NCBI GenBank assembly: GCA_963781215.1
Contig: CAWAFE010000035.1
Coordinates: 91,536 to 155,535, forward strand
Reading direction: 5' to 3'
Origin: an uncultured Alphaproteobacteria bacterium
GTDB taxonomy: Bacteria > Pseudomonadota > Alphaproteobacteria > ATCC43930 > CGMCC-115725
Length of the DNA: 64,000 nt
Shown here: in pieces, positions 49,506 to 58,248 of the stretch
How the letters are laid out: each line of letters starts with the position of its first letter
Position numbering within the stretch: position 1 is the stretch's first letter
The notes under the pieces: model-generated
Databases searched by the model: none
What the model was told of the DNA's origin: nothing
What the model saw: the letters and a program-made list of their open reading frames with translations, nothing else
Made by a program: the position numbers and the translations under genes

Positions 49506-50918
49506 ATGCGCGTGCTGCCGAAGAGCCTGTCGGCCCGGCTTCTGATCCTGACCGTCTTTTTCGTGATGCTGAGCGAGGTGTTGATCTTCGTGCCGTCGGT
49601 CGCCCGTTTCCGCATGACCGAATTCGAGAACCGCCTCGCCGCCGGCCGTCTCGCGACGATGGCGCTGGAGGCGAGCCCGAACGGCCGGCTCGATCAGGGT
49701 CTCGTCAACCGGCTGCTCGCCCATGTCGGCGCGCACGGCGTCGTGCTGCGCCGCGCCGATGGGATGATCCTGATGCTCGACCGGCCGACGCCGCCGGCGG
49801 CCGACCTCACCATCGACCTTTCACACGCCAGCATTTGGGGGGCCATCAGGGGCTCCGCCATCGCCCTCTTCCGCAACGACAACCGCCTGCTGCGGGTCCT
49901 CGGCCCGGCCCCGCCCGACGACGGCGCGATGGTCGAGGTGCTGCTCGACGAGGCGCCGCTGCGCCGCGAGATGTGGGGCTTCGGCATCCGCGTTCTCGAA
50001 TTGTCGATCGTGATTTCGCTGTTTACCGCCGCGCTGGTCTATCTCAGCCTGCAATGGCTCCTGGTGCGGCCGATGCGCCGGATCACCGCGAGCATGACCG
50101 AGTTTCGCGAGGAGCCGGAGGACGCCTCCCGCGTGATCGCGGCAACCGGACGCCGAGACGAGATCGGGGTTGCCGAGCGCGAGCTCCAGGTGATGCAGGA
50201 AACGGTGCGCCAGGCGCTCGGCCAGCGCGCCCGGCTGGCGGCGCTCGGCACGGCGGTGACCAAGATCAACCACGATTTAAGGAACATACTGGCCACCGCG
50301 CGCCTGGTCACCGACAGCCTCACCAGCAGTGCGGCACCCGAGGTCCGCCGCATCCTGCCGCGGCTCTTCGACGCCATCGACCGCGCTGTGGCGCTCTGCA
50401 CGCAGACCCTCGATTTTTCGCGCCAAGGCGCATCGCCGCTCGCCCCGAGCCGCTTTGCGCTGGCGCCGCTGATCGGCGAGCTCGGCCCGGATCTTGCCGC
50501 TGCCGAAGCCGGGTTGGCGATCGAATGCGCGGTCCCGCCGGGGCTCGCGGTCGAGGCCGATCGCGACCAGCTCTACCGCGTCCTCCTAAACCTCGCCCGC
50601 AACGCGCTCGAAGCCGGGGCGCAGCGGCTGCGCCTCTCGGCGTCGCGAGAGAACGGCACGATCGCCATCGACATTGCAGATGACGGCCCCGGCCTGCCGC
50701 CAAAGGCGCGCGAGAATTTGTTCCGCCCGTTTTTTGGCTCGGCCCGGCCGGGCGGCAGCGGGCTCGGCCTGGCGATCGCCCGCGAGCTGATGCGCGCCCA
50801 TGGCGGCGATCTGGTGCTGGTCTCGACCACTGGCGCCGGCACCGTGTTTCGCCTCACCCTGCTCGCACCCGCCCACCGCAAGGCCGAGATCGCCCGCGCG
50901 CCGGCGTCGCTGCTGTGA
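49506..50918 (+). CDS. membrane sensor histidine kinase
   Basis: ATG 49506 (61st codon of the ORF). H-box TKINHDLRNILA, N-box LLNLARNALEA, G-boxes DDGPGLP and GSGLGLAIA. Confidence 0.85.
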   Translation: MRVLPKSLSARLLILTVFFVMLSEVLIFVPSVARFRMTEFENRLAAGRLATMALEASPNGRLDQGLVNRLLAHVGAHGVVLRRADGMILMLDRPTPPAADLTIDLSHASIWGAIRGSAIALFRNDNRLLRVLGPAPPDDGAMVEVLLDEAPLRREMWGFGIRVLELSIVISLFTAALVYLSLQWLLVRPMRRITASMTEFREEPEDASRVIAATGRRDEIGVAERELQVMQETVRQALGQRARLAALGTAVTKINHDLRNILATARLVTDSLTSSAAPEVRRILPRLFDAIDRAVALCTQTLDFSRQGASPLAPSRFALAPLIGELGPDLAAAEAGLAIECAVPPGLAVEADRDQLYRVLLNLARNALEAGAQRLRLSASRENGTIAIDIADDGPGLPPKARENLFRPFFGSARPGGSGLGLAIARELMRAHGGDLVLVSTTGAGTVFRLTLLAPAHRKAEIARAPASLL

Positions 50919-50949
50919 TCGGCGATGTGCCGGCCCGACGAATAGCCGG

Positions 50950-52191
50950 TCAGTCGAGCGCTAATGTCATCGTCTTGAGGTAGGCGGTCTCCGCCAATGC
51001 CGGGTGGGTCGGGTGGTCGGCGTCGGCCCCTGCGACCCGCAGGATGCGGCCGCCGCGCCCGGCATCGGCAAGCCCGCGCCGGACCGCTTCGGCGAAATCC
51101 GCGGCGCCGACATTGTAGGAGCACGAGGCGATGAAGAGGATGCCGCCGGTCGCGGTCAGCGCCGCCGCGAGCCGCGTCAGCTTGCGGTATCCCCGCAGCG
51201 CCGCCGGCACCTCCTTGCGCGATCGAGCAAAGGCCGGGGGATCGGCGATGACGAGGTCGAAACGTTCGCCCGCCGCGGCGAGCCGGGCGGCCTCGGCAAA
51301 CACCTCGCCGCGGTGAAAGCGGCAGATCTCGCCGACTTCGTTCAGCTTCGCCGCTTCGGCGGCGAGCACCAGCGCCGGCTCCGAGCTGTCGACCCCGAGC
51401 ACCAGCGCGGCCCCGGCGCGACCCGCCTGCACCGCAAAGCCGCCAGTGTAGCAATAAAAGTCGAGGACTCGCGCACCTCGCGCCAGCGCGGCGACAAACC
51501 GCCGATTGTCGCGCTGGTCGAAGAACCATCCGGTCTTCTGCCCGGCGAGCGGATCGATCGGGAAGACGGCGCCGTTTTCGTGGACCAGAACCGTGGAGCC
51601 GAGCGTGCCGCGCGCCACCGCCGTGTGTAGCGCCAGCCCTTCGAGCGCGCGAACCGGGCTGTCGTTGCGTAGCACGATCGCCGCCGGCTGCAAGAGCGCG
51701 TCGAGCGCGTCGAGGACCAGCGGCTCCAGCCGCGCTATGCCGGCGGCGTTCGATTGCACCGCGACGACCGGCCCAAGCCGGTCGACGACCAGGCCCGGCA
51801 ATCCGTCCGCCTCGGCATGGACGAGGCGATAGCAGGGTTCGTTGAAAAGCCGCTGGCGCACCCGCAACGCCCGCTCAAGGCGTCGCGAGAGAAAACGATG
51901 GCCGATCGGCCGCGCGGCGTCGCGGTCGAGCATGCGGGCGGCGAGCAGGTTGTGCGGATTGAACATCGCCACCCCGAGCGGGCTCTCGTCGGCGCGCCGC
52001 AAGGTGACCAGCACACCCAGCGGCAGCGCCTTCGCCGCCGCGTCCATCCGCACCTCGTTCGAATAGACCCACGGGTGGCCGGCTTCGACCCGCCGATGCC
52101 GGCCCGGTAGCAGCGCGACCGAAGGACGACTCGCCGGGTCGTCCGCTTCGAGCCCGCCCGACGCCGCCGCGTCGACATTAAAGACTGCCAT
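50950..52191 (-). CDS. rlmI: 23S rRNA m5C1962 methyltransferase RlmI-like SAM-dependent methyltransferase
   Basis: GHPWVYSNEV, CYRLVHAEADGLPGLVVDR and DPPAFARS motifs. Start at the 55th codon of the ORF. Confidence 0.8.
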   Translation of the reverse strand: MAVFNVDAAASGGLEADDPASRPSVALLPGRHRRVEAGHPWVYSNEVRMDAAAKALPLGVLVTLRRADESPLGVAMFNPHNLLAARMLDRDAARPIGHRFLSRRLERALRVRQRLFNEPCYRLVHAEADGLPGLVVDRLGPVVAVQSNAAGIARLEPLVLDALDALLQPAAIVLRNDSPVRALEGLALHTAVARGTLGSTVLVHENGAVFPIDPLAGQKTGWFFDQRDNRRFVAALARGARVLDFYCYTGGFAVQAGRAGAALVLGVDSSEPALVLAAEAAKLNEVGEICRFHRGEVFAEAARLAAAGERFDLVIADPPAFARSRKEVPAALRGYRKLTRLAAALTATGGILFIASCSYNVGAADFAEAVRRGLADAGRGGRILRVAGADADHPTHPALAETAYLKTMTLALD

Positions 52192-52283
52192 TCCCGCTCG
52201 GCCATGCCCAAATGAGCTTGCATCTTGCGCCGCTGCGGTCTGTTGCGGTAGTTGTTCCGGCCCGCGGAGCCGATCCGCGGTAT

Positions 52284-52324
52284 GCGCCCGTAGCTCAATT
52301 GGATAGAGCACCAGACTACGGATC
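52284..52324 (+). tRNA. tRNA-Arg(ACG) 5' fragment (acceptor 5' strand, D-arm, anticodon stem 5' strand and loop); 3' half missing
   Basis: GCGCCCG-TA-GCTC-AATTGGATA-GAGC-A-CCAGA-CTACGGA-TC folds as the first 41 nt of a tRNA with anticodon ACG. The next bases (AAAATATTTGGTGCCACACGGCGCC) contain no TCTGG stem strand, no T-arm (GGTTCGAnTCC) and only a degenerate acceptor 3' strand. Confidence 0.7.
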
Positions 52325-52464
52325 AAAATATTTGGTGCCACACGGCGCCTCATAGTGCATCTTAAGTCTCTGACCTAATTGACATTTCTCCCTCGCAGAC
52401 GAGGTATGTTGCCTCACGGCAGCACACCGCTACCCGCGGTTTTTCTGCGACTAGGGAGAGACTA

Positions 52465-53595
52465 ATGCGCACCACCCTCACGGACCTCACCATCCGTAAC
52501 CTCAAGGCTCCGGAGCAGGGGCAGCGGATGTACCTCGACAAAAATTTGCCTGGCTTCGGCGTCCGGGTATCACAGGGCGGAACGAAGACCTTCACGCTGA
52601 TGCACGGGCCGCGTCGAGAGCTCACGAAGATCGGACGCTTTCCGATCCTCTCGCTCGCAAGCGCACGCGACCAGGCCAGGAACATCCTTGCAGAAGAACA
52701 GCTCGGCATCCGGCGGCCTAAGGCGCCACGGTTCGACGAGGCATTAGACCTTTTCATCACAAAGCATTGCGAGGCCAAGAACCGAGCGCGAACTGCGGCC
52801 GAGACCGACCGTCTGTTGCGGAAGCACTTCTTGCCTTCCCTCAGGAATCTTACGCTCGACGACATCTCGAGCGCGCGGATCTCAGGCATCCTTGATGACT
52901 TGATTGACACGCCCTCGACTGCTCGCCACGCGTTCGTGGCCGTCCGCACTTTTCTGAGATGGTGCGCCAAGCGTGGGTACATCGCCAACTCGCCTATCGC
53001 TCTCATGGATGCTCCGGCAAGCGCAACGAGCCGCGACAGAGTGCTCAAAGATGCGGAGCTCGTTGCCATCTATCGGAAGGCCCTATCCCAGGGCTGCACC
53101 GGCGGCAACATTGTCCGACTGCTCATTCTGACCGGACAGCGCCGCGGAGAGATCGGCGCGCTTCGAGGCGAATGGATCGACCGTACGTCGAGAACCGTCA
53201 CGCTTCCTTCGGAAATTACCAAGAATGGCCGCGCGCACACCTTCCCCTACGGCGACATGGTCGCTGCCATCGTCGAGAATTTGCCGACGGGAGGTTTTCT
53301 CTTTCCTGCGCGAGGAGCGGATAACGAGCGCTCGTACAACGGCTGGTCAAAGCTCAAGACGAGCGTTGACGCAGGTGTCGCTGAATGGACCTTGCACGAC
53401 CTCCGCCGCACGTTCGCGACTAATCTGGCATCCTTATCTGTGCCGCCGCACGTCATCGAGCGGCTTCTCAACCATACGAGCGGAATGATCAGTGGAGTGG
53501 CCGCAATTTACAATCGCTTCAGCTATCTCGGCGAGATGCGAGCGGCGGTCGAGTGCTGGGAGCGACATCTTGCCGCCCTCCTCCGGAGTGCGTAG
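52465..53595 (+). CDS. int: tyrosine integrase, P4-like (DUF4102 arm-binding N-domain)
   Basis: LTIRNLKAPEQGQRMYLDKNLPGFGVRVSQGGTKTF N-domain. Catalytic R (LTGQRRGEI), HDLRRTF, LNHTSG and AAIYNRFSY. Confidence 0.9.
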   Translation: MRTTLTDLTIRNLKAPEQGQRMYLDKNLPGFGVRVSQGGTKTFTLMHGPRRELTKIGRFPILSLASARDQARNILAEEQLGIRRPKAPRFDEALDLFITKHCEAKNRARTAAETDRLLRKHFLPSLRNLTLDDISSARISGILDDLIDTPSTARHAFVAVRTFLRWCAKRGYIANSPIALMDAPASATSRDRVLKDAELVAIYRKALSQGCTGGNIVRLLILTGQRRGEIGALRGEWIDRTSRTVTLPSEITKNGRAHTFPYGDMVAAIVENLPTGGFLFPARGADNERSYNGWSKLKTSVDAGVAEWTLHDLRRTFATNLASLSVPPHVIERLLNHTSGMISGVAAIYNRFSYLGEMRAAVECWERHLAALLRSA

Positions 53596-53653
53596 CATCG
53601 TCCGGCCGGCCTAGCCGGCTCCGGAGCTGGCTCACTCATTCGAGGAGTCAGCG

Positions 53654-53839
53654 ATGGACGGGTTTTATACCATCAGGGATGTCTGCAAGCTGTTGCATGT
53701 TGCCCGCGAAACTCTGCGCCGATGGGAGCGCGACGGCTGGTTTCCGAAGCGTGTACGCTTCTCGCGGCACACTCGGGGTCGCGTCGGCTACCTGAAGCGG
53801 GAGATCCACGAGTGGATCGACAGCCGGCCGCGTTCGTGA
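53654..53839 (+). CDS. AlpA/Xis-like HTH protein
   Basis: 61 aa; YTIRDVCKLLHVARETLRRWERDGWFPKRVRFS. Confidence 0.75.
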   Translation: MDGFYTIRDVCKLLHVARETLRRWERDGWFPKRVRFSRHTRGRVGYLKREIHEWIDSRPRS

Positions 53840-53981
53840 GGTGAACCCACCGCGCCCCTGTATGGGGGAGCACGAGGGGGCCGGGCGTGCACAGCTCGGT
53901 CCCCTTTAACCTTTTTTCGCTTGACTTACCCCACGGTTGCCCTGAAATCGCGGTGTTTACGTACTTTGGGGAGAAAGCACC

Positions 53982-54218
53982 ATGCGCTACCTGATTGCCC
54001 TCCTGCTCCCGTGGGTTACGTTCTTCACGATGGGCAAAATCTTTCAGGGTATCCTCTGCCTGATACTACAGGCCACCCTCATCGGCTGGCTGCCGGCCTC
54101 GATCTGGGCGATGGTATCCGTTGCCGGATATCACGCCGACAAACGCACCGACCGCATCGTTAACGCCATGGCGCAGGTTCAGCAACAACAACCGGCTGCC
54201 GACCCGCGCCGCATATAA
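53982..54218 (+). CDS. small two-TM protein, Pmp3/YqaE-like
   Basis: LLLPWVTFFTMGKIFQGILCLILQATLIGWLPASIWAM resembles the LPPLGV..G...INILLTLLGYIPG.IHA pattern of Pmp3/YqaE proteolipids. Gln-rich tail. Confidence 0.5.
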   Translation: MRYLIALLLPWVTFFTMGKIFQGILCLILQATLIGWLPASIWAMVSVAGYHADKRTDRIVNAMAQVQQQQPAADPRRI

Positions 54219-54221
54219 GTC

Positions 54222-54764
54222 GTGCGCGTCACGATCCGACATCGGCAAGAGGACGGCCTCCTACCTAATAAGAGACTTCACTACGTCGACTGCACCGTCC
54301 TCTTCTCCGAAGAGGAGAAGGCGATCATCGAGACGCGGGGGTTGGGTCAGCATTACATTGTCTCCAACTCCGACGTCCCGCCGCCTTCGTCCTCACAACG
54401 CCCGCTGGCGAAATTTCTCAAAGTGATCTCGCCGATCGTGTTCCTCGGCGGCTGCGTCGCCAGCCCGGGGATGGCAATTGCGGGCAATCATCGAGCCGAT
54501 GCGGTGGGCGGCATTTCATTTTTCGCCGCCCTCGCCCTGCTGCTCGGCGGCATCGCGCTCAAGCGTCATGTCGGCATCGCCGAACAGCCGAAGCAGACGG
54601 TCACACTCGGCCGCCTTCTCACCAACCCGACCTTTTCCGCCTACGCGATCGATAATGCCCGCGCCAAGGTCGTGGACGATGAATTACGCGAGACACTGAC
54701 GCGTCTGAAGGAGGGGCTGCTGGTCAACCGGGATATCAAGCAAGCGGAGACGTTCGAGCTATGA
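54222..54764 (+). CDS. hypothetical membrane protein (soluble N-domain, 2 TM, helical C-domain)
   Basis: 180-aa ORF starting 3 nt after the previous stop and ending in an ATGA overlap with the ATPase gene. No family recognised. Confidence 0.55.
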   Translation: MRVTIRHRQEDGLLPNKRLHYVDCTVLFSEEEKAIIETRGLGQHYIVSNSDVPPPSSSQRPLAKFLKVISPIVFLGGCVASPGMAIAGNHRADAVGGISFFAALALLLGGIALKRHVGIAEQPKQTVTLGRLLTNPTFSAYAIDNARAKVVDDELRETLTRLKEGLLVNRDIKQAETFEL

Positions 54765-56950
54765 AGTCGCATATGCCACGCTGGCCCACCGGCTCGCCCG
54801 ATCCGTTGGTGAACATCCTTGCGACCGGCGTGCTGATCATCTTTGGCCTTCTCGCGTTTGCGACAAGCTTTTTCCTGCTGATTCCGGTCGCGATCGGTTT
54901 TGCGGTCATCGGTTTGGTGCGCTGGTATCACTACCGACCGCCGGCATACTCCAACCCAGCGATCGCCGAGGCGGCCGAGCAGCACGCGCTTGCGGCCAAC
55001 TTTCCCGAGATCGAGAGCTTTGCCGAATCCTATGCGCGGCGTCTCATCGACGCCTGGCACCCGCGGCTGCCGGTCTTTCCGGTGTTCGCCGGCATCGTCG
55101 ACGCAGCGGTCGAGATTTACGCGATGGAGGGCTTCAATAACCCGATCCCGCCGCTTCCCTCCGACCCGATCGAGCAAGGGCGCTGGCGCGACGAATTGCG
55201 TATCCATGCGATCAAAATGCATGACGCGCCGAAAACGCTCGGCCTCTTCACCGGAGCCTTGACCCGATCCCTGGCGTCGTTCCGCGATGCACTGCCGGAG
55301 ACGGTGTTGGTGACCAAAGACGAGTTTGTGGAGTGGCGGGACCACCAGCCGCCGTTGACGGTGCCGGCACGAGAGCTGACCGGCGACATCGAGAGCCTTC
55401 TCGAGGATTTCCGATTTCCCCTCTACGAAGCAGAGGTTGCCGAACTTCGACTATTCCAGGAGCTGCGTTCCTCGTTCGGTGCCGATCGCTGGCAAAGTAC
55501 ACCACTGCGCGGCCTTCTCGACATCGACGTGCCCTTCACGCTTCCCGACGAAGCGCGCTTTGCCGGCCACTGGATCGTCTCGCCTCCGGGCCGAGGCAAG
55601 ACCACGCTGTTGCACGCGATGGTCATGGACGACATTCGCAGAGCGGGCGCCTCGCTGATCCTGATGGACAGCAAGGGCGATCTGATCGAACCGATCCGCA
55701 GCCTCACCGAGATCCAGGACCGGCTGATCATCATCGATCCCGACCCGCAGAACCCGGTCGCGATCAACCCGCTCGATATCGCGCGCACCGACATCGCGCA
55801 GAGCGTCGATCTGCTCGAATATCTCTTTGCCTCGCTCCTCGAATTCAAGATGACCGCGATGCAGACAACACTGTTTCGCAGCGTGTTGCGCGCGCTCGTC
55901 CTCGCCTTTCCGAACCCCACCCTAGACACCTTCCGCGACCTGTTGACCAACGGCTACGACAAATACAAGGAGCACATCGCCGCACTGCCACCTGACCTGC
56001 AGGATTTCTTTCACAAGGATTTCAACGAGAAGAACTATTTCGATCGCCGGCGCGAGGTGTTGCAGCGCCTGCGCCTCTTGCTCGACAACGAGACGATGCG
56101 GGCGATGCTGACCGCGGCAGTCACCCGCTTCCGCATCGGCGAGGCGATGGATAGCGGCAAGATCGTCATCATCAACAACTCCAAGGCGCGGCTCGGCGAT
56201 CAGGGGGCGGAGTTCTTCGGGCGCTTCTTCATCGCTCAGGTGTTGGCGGCGGCGCAGCAGCGCTCGGCGCGCAAGAGGGCGGAGAAGCCGCCGGTCTATT
56301 TCTACATCGACGAGTGCCAGAACGTGATCGCGCGCGACGAGAAGGTGCCGACCATTCTCGACGAATGCCGCAGCCAGAACATCGCGCTGATCATGGCGCA
56401 TCAGCGCACGCAGCAGATTACCGCGGCGAATGTGCTCGACGCGCTCTCGAACTGTGCGATCCGCTTTGCCAACAGCGACGAGGAAGCGCGCTACCTCGCA
56501 CCTCGCCTGCGAACCGCGCCTGAGTTTCTGCAATCGCTGACGCGCGGTAAATTCGGCGCGTTCATCAGAGACATGACACCGCAGGCGCTTGCCGTCTCGG
56601 TCAACCGGGTGTCATTTGACGCGCACACGACGCTGTCGCTCTCCGAGCGCAGTGCCCTCACCGAGCGCATGCGCGCACAGTACGGCACGCCGCGAGAGAT
56701 CGCGCCGCCGACACCGTCGACGGCAGAACCGGACCCCGACCATCCCACGCACGGGGCAACCGCCGTCGAAACGACACCGGTGCTGGGTCCCATCCCCGTC
56801 CCCCTCAGTGCGGCGTCCGCATCCACGAATGATCGAGAACCCGATTTACTGAAAGAAAATCCCGAACCACGGCCGCCCAAGCCTCACTCGCTTCGTCGCG
56901 ATCCGCCCAAACAAGAGAGCAACACCGAAGGTGCTAGCAATTGGAGCTGA
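54761..56950 (+). CDS. membrane-anchored P-loop NTPase of the TraD/VirD4 coupling-protein (T4CP) type
   Basis: Two N-terminal TM helices. Walker A VSPPGRGKTTLL, Walker B VYFYIDECQ, then ECRSQNIALIMAHQRTQQI...NCAIRFANS (TraG-D_C-like). Pro-rich tail. Confidence 0.7.
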   Translation: MKSHMPRWPTGSPDPLVNILATGVLIIFGLLAFATSFFLLIPVAIGFAVIGLVRWYHYRPPAYSNPAIAEAAEQHALAANFPEIESFAESYARRLIDAWHPRLPVFPVFAGIVDAAVEIYAMEGFNNPIPPLPSDPIEQGRWRDELRIHAIKMHDAPKTLGLFTGALTRSLASFRDALPETVLVTKDEFVEWRDHQPPLTVPARELTGDIESLLEDFRFPLYEAEVAELRLFQELRSSFGADRWQSTPLRGLLDIDVPFTLPDEARFAGHWIVSPPGRGKTTLLHAMVMDDIRRAGASLILMDSKGDLIEPIRSLTEIQDRLIIIDPDPQNPVAINPLDIARTDIAQSVDLLEYLFASLLEFKMTAMQTTLFRSVLRALVLAFPNPTLDTFRDLLTNGYDKYKEHIAALPPDLQDFFHKDFNEKNYFDRRREVLQRLRLLLDNETMRAMLTAAVTRFRIGEAMDSGKIVIINNSKARLGDQGAEFFGRFFIAQVLAAAQQRSARKRAEKPPVYFYIDECQNVIARDEKVPTILDECRSQNIALIMAHQRTQQITAANVLDALSNCAIRFANSDEEARYLAPRLRTAPEFLQSLTRGKFGAFIRDMTPQALAVSVNRVSFDAHTTLSLSERSALTERMRAQYGTPREIAPPTPSTAEPDPDHPTHGATAVETTPVLGPIPVPLSAASASTNDREPDLLKENPEPRPPKPHSLRRDPPKQESNTEGASNWS

Positions 56951-57088
56951 TGCCCGCTGAAACAATTTGTGATCGTGGCGCACCGCGGCTGGCCGCGACC
57001 AGCCGCGACAGACCGCGGCCCATAGCGAACTTTGACGATCGCGGGTAGGCACACTTAATAGCAGCCCCGTCGAATGACGGAGGCAGCG

Positions 57089-57235
57089 ATGTTCCTCAAG
57101 GGTTTTCTCTGCGGCTGGATCGCGATGGCGGCGATCTTTGCGCTCCTCGGTTGGGGCATGACCCCGCGCGTCGGAGTCTGGCTCGGCACCGGCGACACGC
57201 ATCAGCAGCACGGCTACGACAGCCGGGCTTGCTGA
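57089..57235 (+). CDS. possible 48-aa membrane peptide (below ORF-track cutoff)
   Basis: GGAGG at 57079-57083, 5 nt before the ATG. MFLKGFLCGWIAMAAIFALLGWGMTPRVGVWLGTGDTHQQHGYDSRAC. Confidence 0.35.
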   Translation: MFLKGFLCGWIAMAAIFALLGWGMTPRVGVWLGTGDTHQQHGYDSRAC

Positions 57236-57254
57236 GCGTCAGCGGAAAATTGTC

Positions 57255-58241
57255 ATGGCTTCCGCCGACAGCCGCTCGCGCAACTCGCGCTGGGGCGATG
57301 ATCCGACGATCGGAAAAGACGGAAAGGCGAAGGTCGCCGTCGTGACGGAGCGCGACATCGAGCGAATTTTCGCGCCGCTTGCGCGCTACCGCTACCTTCC
57401 GGCGGACTATCTGCACGCACTCGGCGGCGGCAGTCTCGACTACCTCGTCAATCGCTTGGCATTGCTCGCGCGCCGGCCCAACGGCTACCTCGCCCGGCCG
57501 CAGCAGCAGCGCGCCAACGCCAGCGCCAATTGCCGCCGGCAGGTTTACGAGCTTGCCGAGAAAGGGGTGCGCCTGATGCATGAGCGCGGGCTCATATGTC
57601 AGCGCTCGCGAGCCCCGGCCAATTTCTCCCACGAGCTGATGACGTGCGAGTTGATGGCGTCGTTCGAGCTCGGGGTCCGGGAGACCGGCCACCAGCTGAT
57701 CACCTGGCACGACATCTTGCAGAGCAAGAACCTGCCGGACGCGACCCGCACTTCGCCAAAGCCGTTCCACATTCCGGTGACCGCGACAATCGACGGTGCG
57801 TCGGTCGCAACCCATGTCGTCGCCGACGGCGAGCCGTTCGGCATCGGCCGATCGATCAACGGCCAGGCAACCTATTTCTTCTGCCCCGGCGTCGAGGCCG
57901 ATTGCGGCACCGAGCCGATCGATGCATCGGATTTCCAACGCTCGTCCCTGTTCAAGAAATTCGTCCTCTACCTCGCGGTCGAAGCGCAGGGCATCCATCG
58001 CTCGCATTTCGGCTTCCCCAACCTCTACATCCCGATCGTCACCACCAACGCCGCGCGGCTCGCCTCGATGATGCGATTGCTGGAGCGGATCACCAGCGGT
58101 GCCGGCTCGCGACACATTCTGTTCAAGAACCTTTCCCGCATTCACGTCGCCGGGAAAGCCGCCGGCGCCATCGGGACACATGTTGACCGACGACTGGCAG
58201 CGCGTCGGCCATACCCGGACTTTAACTTCCTCACTGCGTAG
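57255..58241 (+). CDS. replication-relaxation family protein (PF13814-like)
   Basis: VVTERDIERIFAPLARYRYLPADYLHAL...VNRLALLARRPNGYLARP...YELAEKGVRLM...HELMTCELMASFELG matches the winged-helix N-region pattern of this family. Confidence 0.7.
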   Translation: MASADSRSRNSRWGDDPTIGKDGKAKVAVVTERDIERIFAPLARYRYLPADYLHALGGGSLDYLVNRLALLARRPNGYLARPQQQRANASANCRRQVYELAEKGVRLMHERGLICQRSRAPANFSHELMTCELMASFELGVRETGHQLITWHDILQSKNLPDATRTSPKPFHIPVTATIDGASVATHVVADGEPFGIGRSINGQATYFFCPGVEADCGTEPIDASDFQRSSLFKKFVLYLAVEAQGIHRSHFGFPNLYIPIVTTNAARLASMMRLLERITSGAGSRHILFKNLSRIHVAGKAAGAIGTHVDRRLAARRPYPDFNFLTA

Positions 58242-58248
58242 GTGTTTG

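Noticed and set aside
52284-52360. Complete tRNA-Arg, possibly with an unusual or intron-containing anticodon arm
   Set aside because: CCAGA could pair with TTTGG (52331-52335), which encloses a 15-nt loop. Even so, no T-arm follows, and the acceptor 3' strand is only a degenerate ACGGCGC. I therefore treat it as a truncated gene rather than an intron-containing tRNA.
57096-58181. 361-aa minus-strand ORF
   Set aside because: Antisense shadow of the replication-relaxation gene.
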